Assembly: GCA_951406725.2 (NCBI GenBank)
Contig: OX597826.1
Location: 7,688,001 to 7,752,000 of the forward strand
Length of the DNA stretch: 64,000 bases
DNA from: Octopus vulgaris
Taxonomy: Eukaryota
Reading direction: 5' to 3'
Shown piece by piece: positions 52,936 through 64,000 of this stretch. A model generated the notes under the pieces. The model saw nothing but the letters and a program-made list of their open reading frames with translations, was not told where the DNA came from and ran no database searches. The first letter of the stretch is position 1, and each line of letters begins with the position of its first letter. The translations under genes were made by a program, and so were the position numbers.

Positions 52936-54676
52936 ATTTTGGCACAATGCCAGCAATTTCAGTGGGGAGGGATTATTTTATCGGCCCCAAAAGCATGGAA
53001 GGTAAAGTCGACCTCGGCAGAATTGTGCTCAGAACATGGAGAGGGACGAAATGCAGCTAATCATTTTTTCCGTTTGTGCTATCGATTCTGTAAGCTTTCC
53101 GCCTTTCTCTTCCTCACTCAATATATATTGGTACTGATTTTGCATAAAACCCAACATCTTTTATATCATATTTCGAAGTCCTACTCCTTAAGAAAGTTTC
53201 TCTACAAAAACCTAGTGTGACCCGCGGGTTTCATGGTTTTTGACCTTGATATGTCACATGAGGGTATACTTTAATATCCCGATCGTTATCGAATAGCTGT
53301 CGATAGACATAGCTAGCCACAACCACGGCGATAAAATACGATTACAAAAGGCGAAGTGCATAGATAAAAGTATTTATGCAGCTCTCACAAATCAGGAGAT
53401 CTTAGTTTATAAGCCAGATTACATTTTCTTCGCATAGCTATAAGTATAAATATTCAACATGGTTCTTGAAAATCAAGACAGATCAGTACATGAACCAGGT
53501 TGACTATTTTTCACTTTACATATGACACTAATGTCAATAAGAAAGGCCTGATGAAAGACATCATGCCCTTTTATCTCTCCTTTGAAAATATAGTGTCTAT
53601 AGAGATATTTACAAAGAAAATAATATTCTTTTATATAGAGAAAATTTTATCTATTAATTATATTATATTAGTGTGAATCTATAAAGGCATAGTCTATTGG
53701 ACGCCGTACTAAATATCGGTATTCAATTTCCTAAATCTCTACCACCCGGGTCGGTCCATTATGTATATCAAGACTTTAATTTCAATATGATTAGAAAATC
53801 ATTATGGAGGGGGTCATTGAAACACTGGCAAATTTGTGACCTTGCATGCTTATTCAAAGCATACAATTATAATACGTGTTTCAGTTTATATCGAAAAACA
53901 TTCACTTTTTATGTTTTCACTGTATATTTGGTGTTGTAAATTTAATCACAAATCTATGATAGTATATCTGACGTGTGTACAGTCAGTTTCATATTTACTA
54001 CAGGAATGAATATAGTAAAATTGCAGCAATTTCATTTAGGACGTAGAATGCAGTTTATGAATCCAATATATGCAACAGAAAGAACATTGCAATCTGAAGT
54101 AATGTTTTGCGGGTAAACCTGAAAATGGGACAAACTTAAATATACCGTGACATGTATTTCGTACATCAAAGCTTTATAGCACAACTTATATTACAGTTAA
54201 TGAGACTTTCATTAGAAGAGCCGGAGAACAGTAACGTTTTATGGGTAGTTTTTGCGATTTAATCCGATACAAAATGGGTGATTGCAGCATGGATAGGTGC
54301 CTTCACAAAAATCTTTATATTCCTCCATTAAACTCATGTTAATTAGTGAACGTTTAAATACTTACTGAGAAAGCGAAAGAAGGTGGCAAGCAGGCACAAT
54401 CGTTAGCACAATCGTTTTACCCTTCAATGATACCACCAGCGTGCCTCCAGTAGAACAATAGCAATCAATGTCAAGTACATGTCAGGGTAAGTTTGTACCA
54501 TCTCGTGTCAACCCGGTTGTTGTTACTTATACCAATTCCAAAAAAGAACGCCATTTCATCATAGTGTATACCGAGTGTAATAAAGTCATTTTCAAGGAAT
54601 CAACAATTACGTTATCTAATACGTCACTTCAGAAACTTGGGCGGTGGTAGTTGAGAGAGATATGGCTGCTATTTCT

Positions 54677-54873
54677 TATTTCTTTATTGCCCACAAGGGG
54701 ACAGACAAAGGGATTAAGTCGATTATATCGATCCCTGTGCGTAACTGGTACTGAATTTATCGACCCCGAAAGGATGAAAGGCAAAGTCGACCTCGGTGGA
54801 ATTTGAACTCAGAACGTAACGGCAGACGAAATACGGCTACGCATTTTGCCCGACGTGCTAATGTTTCTGCCAA
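54677..54873 (-). mobile_element. S3 SINE (tail A) with 11-bp TSD
   Basis: CTGCTATTTCT at 54666-54676 and 54874-54884. Confidence 0.9.
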
Positions 54874-55381
54874 CTGCTATTTCTAGCATACCAAGTTACT
54901 GTATTAAGGCTCAATTCATTGCCAAACCGTTACTCAAGGCTGTATTAATTATCAAACGTTGCACTATAGCTTTTATCAAAGTGTTCAGGTGTAACAAAGT
55001 ACTGCTACACATTATTAGTCTTTAGAGATCTGAGATTATCCTGTTCGTTTAAGACTGCCTTTGTTTTGATATATTGTCAAAACAATAACCCAGGAGATGA
55101 TTAGAACCTCTAGAAAATGTAATAAGCCGTCATATGCTTCAATAAATTTCGGATATAATCCCGCAAAGGCGTTAAGGTTGATTAATTTGGTGGTGGTATT
55201 TGTCAGATAGGAAACAAACTTAGTCAAAATGAAAGCAGACTCTCTTAAAAGGGAACACTCCAAATCAGTATGTTCATCCAAAACACTTGTAGGTGTTGCT
55301 TTCATTTGAGTCAAGGGGTAAAATATACTGCACTCTCCCCAAAATTGTGTGGTCCCTACTTTTACAATTACTCTAAAATAA

Positions 55382-55855
55382 GGCGGTGAGCTGGCGGAAT
55401 CGTTAGCATGCCAGGCAAAATGCTTAGCGGCATTTCGTGTCTTTCCGTTCTGAGTTCAAATGACGCATAGGTTAACTTTGCCTTTCATATTTTCGGGGTC
55501 GATAAAATAAGTACGTGTTGAACACTGGGGTCTATGCAACCGACTTCACCCCTCCCCGAAATTGCTGGCCTCGTGCCAAAGTTTGAAAATTAATATTATT
55601 CTGATATAAACATGAAATCAATAAATGAATGATTCTTAGAATTGTTAGTGTGTCTGGTATGAAACATATAAGGTGGCAGAACCCTTAGCACGCCGGACAA
55701 AATACTTAGCTGCAAATTTCACCGATGTCGACTTTGTCTTTCATCATTTCGAGGTCGATCAAATAAGTAGCAGTTGAACACTGGGGTTGATGTAATCGCG
55801 TAGCTCCCCCTCCTCTCAAAATCTTCTGGCCTTGTGCCATAATTTGAAACCATAT
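55382..55855 (+). mobile_element. Two S3 SINEs (tail B)
   Basis: ~55382-55597 and ~55672-55855. Confidence 0.85.
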
Positions 55856-56599
55856 TTAAACGAATGTTATTTTCCTTTACTTATTGTTGGTTTACCAAGA
55901 TTGAATTTGCTTTTCATCGTTCGAAAGTCGATGAAAATAAAGTACAAGTGGAGCAGAAGCATAAATTTAATCGATCAAACCTTCCTTAAAATCCTATTCA
56001 AAATAAGTATTCGGTATAACTTTCACTAAGAATATTTCGCTATGAGAGTTATTTCTCAAATTATTTCATACTTTTCTTCTAACGAAATAATATATCAGAA
56101 ATACGGCGGAAAATCGTATAAGCTTTCATTTTGACAAACAATGTTTATTATTCAAATTACAAAAGGTTAACTATCATTCCAAATTATTCCAAATGATTCC
56201 AAATAGTAAATATTTATAGGTTAAATTGCCAAAGGTTTAATATCGTAATTAAAAATATAAAAAAATTTAACAATTATTTCCATAAAAAAATATTAATTTA
56301 AATGTCAAAATTTTCTAATTTTATATAAATATTAAAATCCTATTCCATCTGAAATTGCTCGTTGTTTTTTAATGGCAACGATTCGAAAGTTCAATAATAA
56401 TCTTTAATTACTACACTGTATGAGAAATGTATTTGATATCATTTGGAAATTGATTGTATTTTGTTTATATATTTTCCAGTAGTTCAATCTAAACAATAAG
56501 ATGTTAATACAACGATGTACGCTTAAAATGCCGTTCCGACCATTTGCCGGAAAATGTTTGTGACTGTAATGCTTTTATTAAACCATTGTCTAGTAATGG

Positions 56600-57093
56600 T
56601 TCCTAATTTAAGCAACAAAGCCAGAAATTTTCAAGGGAAGGGTTTAGTCGATGGCATATATCCTAGAGCTTGAGTGTTACATTATTGTATCGACCTCGGA
56701 GAAATGAAAGGCGAAGTAGATCTTCGTGGGATTTAAGTTAAGGAAGTAACGAACCACAAGAAATACCTATTTCTTTACTACCCACAGAGAGGACAAACAA
56801 GGACAGACATACGGATTAAGTCGATTATGTCGACCCCAGTGCGTAACTGGTACTTATTTAATCGACCCCGAAAGGATGAAAGGCAAAGACGACCTCGGCG
56901 GAATTTGAACATCGATTGACAACCGATGCTGTTGTGTTTACGTCCCCGTAACCCAGCGGTTCGGCAAAAGAGACCGATAGAATAAGTACTAGGCTTACAA
57001 AGAATAAGTCCTGGGGTCGATTTGTTCGACTAAAGGCTGTGCTCCAGTATGACCACAGTCAAAATGACTGAAACAAGTAAAAGAGTAAAGAGT
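56600..57093. mobile_element. Composite: old S3 (minus), young S3 tail-A fragment (56768-56910, minus), S2 3' half (~56915-57093, plus)
   Basis: Abrupt junction GAATTTGAAC|ATCGA|TTGACAACCGATG. Confidence 0.85.
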
Positions 57094-57099
57094 AACGCA

Positions 57100-57420
57100 C
57101 AACATGACCCGGGTCTTTCAGTAACCCTACTCTTAGAATTCAGGGCCTGCAGGCATTGCTGTTTTCTTATGTTCTGAGATTTGCAATCCTCTCTGAAAAG
57201 ACGTTCATGTCAGGCGATAGAAAGAAAGCAAAAATCATTAAGAGGGCTGCTCGCTGGCCCCAAATTTGCATTCCAGGAGGGGTTTCAAAACTTGATAAAC
57301 ACAGAATGAGATGTACCGACAATAAGTAAGGGACAATTTTGAATATAAAAGAGTTTAATCAAACTGATTAAAACTGTACGTAAAGTAATAACTCATATAT
57401 TTTTATTCAAGGTCCCTGTA
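57100..57420 (+). mobile_element. Decayed mariner transposase C-terminal relic
   Basis: PYS, then LKRRSCQAIERKQKSLRGLLAGPKFAFQEGFQNL, resembling the mariner LKGRRF..EE...IP...FQ..F..W region; stops and frameshifts. Confidence 0.55.
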
Positions 57421-57808
57421 TTATTGAATATGATATTCTTTGTTCTTTTTATTGGCTCTTTTGACTTTAAAGATTTAAATCTTCAATGGAAACATAAATT
57501 TCCTTCATTGATTTTCTCTACTCGTGTCTATTCAGTCTATTCTTTCTTTTATCTGATAACATTGTAGATTGGTGTGTTTCTTTTAACAATGATATCGTTT
57601 AACATCTTATCGCTTTTATCCCTCTGCAATGCATCACTTTTAGCCACAGATCTTCTGTTGAATTGTTTTTCAATAATCCTTCATTTGCAGAGGATTCCAT
57701 CGTCTGCGTAATCCTGCTTTCTCCGAGCTGTTGTTCCGAATGTATTTCACAAAATATAAAAATTGATCTAATGTTCGGAATGTGCATCCTGCTCGTGGGA
57801 ATAGTAAA

Positions 57809-57854
<46 letters not shown>

Positions 57855-57920
57855 ATTGATAGAAATGGTAAGACAACAAAAGACTGAAAGAGACCTCGGT
57901 ATTATGTAAATAGAGGAATT

Positions 57921-58127
57921 TATCTGTAAATGTAATATGTCAAAATTATTCTGTAACCATGATAAAACTCTGAGTTTCGTATGTCGGGTGGAAATCCACG
58001 CTGCCATCTCTTCAATAATCTGTCCATCGGAAAAATCTCTTCGGTTATCTGGCCATCGGATAAAAATCCGAAATTCGGAGTTTTACCATGGCTACCGAAT
58101 AATTGTCACATATTATATTTACAGATA
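57921..58127. mobile_element. Fold-back/MITE-like element with 59-bp imperfect inverted repeats
   Basis: 57921-57979 vs reverse complement of 58069-58127, about 8 mismatches; TA at both ends. Confidence 0.8.
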
Positions 58128-58145
58128 TATATATATATATATATA

Positions 58146-58326
58146 GGGAGAGTTTACGAAAAAAAAAAAAAAGTCAAGACTGGTGGTGTACAAAACAAAC
58201 GAATGCCTTAGTATAACGCTCAGGAATAGAAAATGTCTTTTACGTTTCGAGCCTACGCTCTTCTACAGAATGGGACATGGAAAAAACAAGGAGAGAAAAA
58301 TATGTGTAGTGGCTAACGATCTATCA
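58146..58326 (-). mobile_element. Family H-A element in (TA)n with A6U hammerhead-like motif (58237-58272)
   Basis: Minus strand CATT-CTGTAGA-A-GAGC-GTAG-GCTC-GAAAC-GTA-AAAG; colinear with 8374-8561. Confidence 0.85.
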
Positions 58327-58340
58327 GTATATATATAAAA

Positions 58341-58393
<53 letters not shown>

Positions 58394-59393
58394 CATACAG
58401 AGAGAAAGAGAGGGAGAGGGAGAGAGAGATAAATGTGTGTTAATATATACTTATGCATGTGATTATATATGGATGCTGACGTTATCCTGTGAACAACCTG
58501 AACATTTGAATAAATGGAAATTGTCCCCCGTTGACTCTGATTCACAATCTCAACTAAATGTGACCTGCTGTAAGGACATTTGATAATAGTCTATCGTTTG
58601 ATTTTTTTACGAACTACACTTTTTTTTAGCATAACTATAACTTCATATCTAGGGACTGTGGTGAACATTTCCACCGATCTGTACTCATTTTAGTATTTTT
58701 ACTAACATTTTCTATGTGCTCGGTTTCTTATTTTCTGATATTCAATTTTCATTGTCAGTCACAGAGCACCAATCCTCTCACTCCTCTCTCCCGACCTCCA
58801 TCCAATATTGCCATAAACAAGGCAATGAACACTGCTGTGCTTTGTTAACGGGTCCTGATGTCTCTTGACTATCCTTAGAATTGCTACCAACGGTACTCAA
58901 GATACTGCCTTTGATGCCTGTTCTTGATATTGATGCCCCTGCTCTTGTTATCTACTATTCGTTTATGTATATTTCCTCTTTTCTTGCTCTTACCAGAAAA
59001 ACTGCATGAGACTTATGCTTTGACAAATATAAAAAGAGGCCTTTCTGCTAAACGCCAATAATCTAACTGAGTTCCAGTAATATATGTATCCAGTATATAT
59101 TCAGTAAGTGAAAAAGTACGTAATGTAAAATGCGCGTATTAGTCGCTGATGAGTGATACGGATTCAGTAGAAAATCTCTGAGAAATATTTCACTGTAGTG
59201 AATGACGATAATATAAGTAAAAATCCTTGACCTGATAAGCAGTGAAATTTTTCGACTATTTTCTCAAAGAAAGATCAATAATTTTTAATTTGAATTTCAG
59301 AATATTCATTGTTTGCACCGAATAATATATACACTGCAAGCAAAGTGAATTATATGCGCGCGTATATAATTATAAATATATAAATATATATAT

Positions 59394-59427
<34 letters not shown>

Positions 59428-59529
59428 GTGTGTGTGTGTATAAGCACATTTAGATGCAATTATGCGAGTTATATATCAGAGTATCCATATATATAAATAT
59501 GTAAATGCATAAATACGCATGTGCCTGTA

Positions 59530-59530
59530 C

Positions 59531-59569
<39 letters not shown>

Positions 59570-59617
59570 TTTATATATATGTATATATGTATATATATGT
59601 ATATATATATCTATATA

Positions 59618-59657
<40 letters not shown>

Positions 59658-59798
59658 ATATATATATACATATATATATATGTATATATATATGTATATA
59701 TGTATATATATATATACATATATATATACATATATATATGTATATATGTATATATGTATATATATATATGTACATATATATATACATATATATATATG

Positions 59799-59849
<51 letters not shown>

Positions 59850-59927
59850 GTGCATATATATATATATGTACATATAAGATATATATATATATATACATAC
59901 ATATATGTGTACGTATATATATATATA
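59530..59927. repeat. Long interrupted (TA)n tract
   Basis: Direct reading. Confidence 0.95.
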
Positions 59928-60139
59928 ATACTTAAATTATTTTTTAATTAGCTTATTAGTTTAAGGCATTTCTGATTACTTGATCGAGAATATTAATCGC
60001 ACAATAATTTGATTTCGTGTAACATATCATTATGATTTTGAAATTTGTATTCATTCATATATACATATATATACATATATGGCATACATACATTCATATA
60101 TATATATATATATGTATGTATGTATGTATGTATATATAT

Positions 60140-60275
60140 AAGACGGTCTTCTTTCTGCTTCCATCTACCAAATCCACTCACAAGGCTTTGGTCGGCCCGA
60201 GGCTAGAGTAGAAAACGTTCTATGCAATGCGACCAAACCCGGTTCCATGAAATTGGGAAGCAAGCTTCCTACCAC
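60140..60275 (-). mobile_element. S2 SINE 5' half
   Basis: TCTACCAAATCCACTCACAAGGCTTTGGTCGGCCCGAGGCTA. Confidence 0.8.
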
Positions 60276-60674
60276 GTTTCTGTGTGCACTAAATATCGTC
60301 AGTTAAATTTTAGGTACTCCTGGACAGAAGTGGATATCTCTTCTGACTTATACAAGAAGTGTTCATTGTTACTTACGTGTGTTCGTATACAGAAGGGTTG
60401 ATTATTAGTTTTGTATGTTTCTATACAGATGTGTTCGCTATTGGTTTTCATACCATTTAAAATTCAAACTGAAATTTTGTAAGTGATTGTTATACTTCTT
60501 CAGTATTTTCCCGTACATAAACACATGTGTAGCTGTAAAAAGAAAAGCAAAATCTAAAACAAAAGAAAAAGAAAGGAAGCATGACATATCGAATTGTCAG
60601 TCATAAGATAATTTTTCTCTTGCAAGATACGAAAGAGTTGTTTCCAATGAAAATGTTACAAATGTCCATAATGA

Positions 60675-60885
60675 TTTCTACTAAAGGCACATGGGCTGAA
60701 ATTTTGGGGGCAGAGACCAGTCTGCTACATCAACTCCACTGTTTCAGTGGTATTTAATTCATGTATCCTGAAAGGATGAAAGGCAAAGCCGACCTCGGTG
60801 GAATTTGAACTCAGAACGTAGCGGCAGACGAAACTCCGTTAAGTATTTTGCCCGACATTTCGTAACGATTCTGCCAGATCGCCCT
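60675..60885 (-). mobile_element. S3 SINE (tail B)
   Basis: GAAAGGATGAAAGGCAAAGCCGACCTCGGTGGAATTTGAACTCAGAACG. Confidence 0.85.
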
Positions 60886-61475
60886 TTCACAAATTGTGAA
60901 AAGGAGAGTATTGCCTCTCCTTTTATAGGAGGGGATTGCCCATATAGTAATTATAGGAGAGGATTGCCCATATAGTAATTAAAGTTCAAACTGAAATTTT
61001 GTATGTGATTGTTATAATTCTTTACGTATTTTCCCGTACATAAACAGATGTATTTCAGTACACACTTAGTACTGAAAAATCTGCATCGATTCGTTGAAAA
61101 ATATGTTGCCTTCTATTACTGACTGAAGATTTTGGTAAGAAAGGCTTTATTCTTGATGACATCATTACTCAAATATATATTGGTACCTAAACCGTTTAAA
61201 TCCAGAAGAATTTACCCAGAAACGTCCATAACCAAAGCAGAAAATGTTCTATATAACTGTATAACAAGATTTGTCGCTTTGAAGTAAATTTGTTTAAAAT
61301 CAATTGACGTCATTTCTAAGTGAATTTAACTGTTTTTTAAGTACGATATTCATTTGAAGAAAAAAGAATCCACCACCACGCTAATATAATTTGATAATAA
61401 TTTCTTTTTATACATACATATATACACACTGACACGCAAGCACATAGTCATATATATATACACACGCACACAAGA

Positions 61476-61508
<33 letters not shown>

Positions 61509-61556
61509 TACATATATACCAGTGACTAGTAACGAAGAGATCAACTACACCAAATC

Positions 61557-61998
61557 GGCGCATGTGTGGGCGTGTGGAAAGAAGTTTGTTTCCCCAGGCG
61601 CATGGTTCCTGGCATTAGTCCTTCTGTGACTGGAAACAAGAGTGTATATATGTTTGTGCGTGTGTGTGTAGCATATATATATATATATACATATGTGTGT
61701 GTGCATATATATATATATATACACACATACACACGTGTATCAGTGTGTGATAGTGTGCATGAATATGTGCGCACGCAAGCGTGTGCACATGGACGTATTT
61801 CTCTTTGTCCCTCACCAGTGTTTGACAACCAATGTCGGTTTGTGCTTACATCCCAGTAACTTAACGTTTCCTCATGAGAGGCTGATTGAATAAACACCAG
61901 GTTTCAAAAATATAAATTCTGGTTTCGATCCGTTCGACTAAAGTCCTTCAAGGCGGAATCCCAACATGGCCACGGTCCAAATATCTGGGACAAGAAAA
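61557..61998 (+). mobile_element. Diverged S2 SINE
   Basis: GGCGCATGTGTGGGCGTGTGG head...TTCGACTAAAG..CAACATGGCCAC. Confidence 0.75.
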
Positions 61999-62277
61999 AT
62001 ATAGAAGACAGAAGATAAATAAAGGTACAAGTGTGTGAAACCCTTTTGATGTTGCAATTTTGTATTCTATGGAAAAACAGAAAGACAGGAGAGATTGGAA
62101 AACAGAATATCAGAAAGATGATGGTGATATCTCCTCACTTCTATTTCATACAACAATGGATAATACACAGGCTAATTTTCCATTTAGTTCTACCGTTACT
62201 CTAGGATATAGTCCATTGATATTTGTCTCGCTACTCAAACTTCCGTACACTACAATAGAATCAATGCGCGTCTGTGA

Positions 62278-62324
<47 letters not shown>

Positions 62325-62509
62325 TGTGTGTGTGTGTGTGTGTGTAGGTAGATATTTGTCTACATATTAATAGATGCAAGTGAATAGTAAAAAGACATGT
62401 ATATATAATGTATGTATATGCATGCGTGTATAATATATATATGTACATATGTATTCATAAATATGTTTATATATCTATACACACACATGCATATGCGCTG
62501 TTTATGATT

Positions 62510-62561
<52 letters not shown>

Positions 62562-62718
62562 TATGTGTGTATGTATTTATGTATGTATGTATATGTGTGT
62601 ATATATATATATACATAGGCACACACGCGTGTACGCATATATGAGATTATATTTTCTTTCCCCCTCTTTCTCTCTCTCTCTCTCTCTCTCTGTATATATA
62701 TATGTATGTGTGTGTATG

Positions 62719-62766
<48 letters not shown>

Positions 62767-62809
62767 GATGGATGAATGGATCGATGCATAGATAGATAGC
62801 TAGATAGGT

Positions 62810-62866
<57 letters not shown>

Positions 62867-63808
62867 AATACACACGCTAAGATGCATACTTACATACATA
62901 TAATAATAGAAAAGAAAGGCTGTACTCTAAATTATTCAATATCTTTGTCAGACGGAATAACTGAGAAATGGGAAAGGGGTTGGCAACCACTGTAACAGCA
63001 GACAGCCACGTGATGTATTGGAGACAATTAAGAAATAAATAGTATTTGAAAAATTCTTGGAACAGGTGCTGTAATGCAGCAGAGAGCTTGTAGACCGTTG
63101 CCTTGGGTAACAGTCTTTGTGATTGACGAATGAGATTATGAAGGGAGTAGACAGACAAACAGACAGACAAATAGAAGGAAAAAGAAGAAGAAAAAAAGAA
63201 AAAAAAAGAAAAAAAAAAGAAGTAGATTAATTAATTCAATAAAAATAAGAAAAGAAAACAAAACAACGACGACAATAACAATTCCATTAAGAAAAATAAC
63301 AAGAGCAGCCACGACAACAACAACAACAACATCAATAACAAGAAGAATTTTATGAAGGAAACTAACAGCAGCAGGGACAAAATCAACAACAACAACAACA
63401 ACAACAACAATTTATCAGGACAAATAACAGCAACAACAACAGTAGTAGTAGTAGTAGCAGTAGCAGCAGTAGCAATGGTGGTAATGACAACTAACAAGAA
63501 TTTGGTTTATGGTAAGGTGTCACTTATTACCATAATTTTGTGAAAAGTCCTCTCCGCTGCATCTCGCTGCCTGATTTAAAGTCTTCTGTGTCTTGATGTT
63601 GACAGCGAAAATTCGCCATTTTACATTTCAGTTGGCCAGTATTCCTTCTTTTTATAATTGTTACTATTGTCAAGGAAAATGATTTTTGTTTTATTTGTTT
63701 GTTTTATCTCTCCCTTTCTCTATCTCTCCCTCCCTCTCTCTCCCTCTCTCTCTCTCTCTCTGTATATATATATATACATATATATATATACATACATATA
63801 TATATATG

Positions 63809-63888
<80 letters not shown>

Positions 63889-64000
63889 ATATATATACAT
63901 GTATATATTATTGTAGTGTATCATTTCATGATTTGTTTCTTTGGGGGGGGCTGATTTTAATTTTGTTTTTGTGGGGGTTTTTTTGGGGGGGACTGGCAAT

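Noticed and set aside
55036-55314. 92-codon minus-strand ORF
   Set aside because: No motif, non-ATG start, no convincing splice context.

Overview
AT-rich eukaryotic non-coding DNA. The repeat content is most consistent with an octopus (coleoid cephalopod) intron or intergenic region; this taxon call is an inference from the repeat families. No host protein-coding exon is recognisable, and nearly all listed ORFs are translated microsatellites. The window holds dense micro/minisatellites and dozens of tRNA-derived SINEs in at least four families (CORE-like, Deu/Nin-like and two others), many nested or with clear TSDs. It also holds decayed LINE 3' ends (one Tx1/L1-clade, several R4/Dong-type RLE fragments), a Tc1/mariner MITE and a mariner relic. 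The most interesting signal is a set of short non-coding elements carrying minimal type I hammerhead ribozyme motifs of the Penelope-like element (PLE) pLTR kind. One is fused behind a Pol III tRNA head (19605-19936, sibling with a 12-bp TSD at 28338-28518). Another family sits in (TA)n tracts and carries a recurrent A6U core change. Several fold-back elements lie beside (TA)n tracts. All coordinates and alignments were read by eye.
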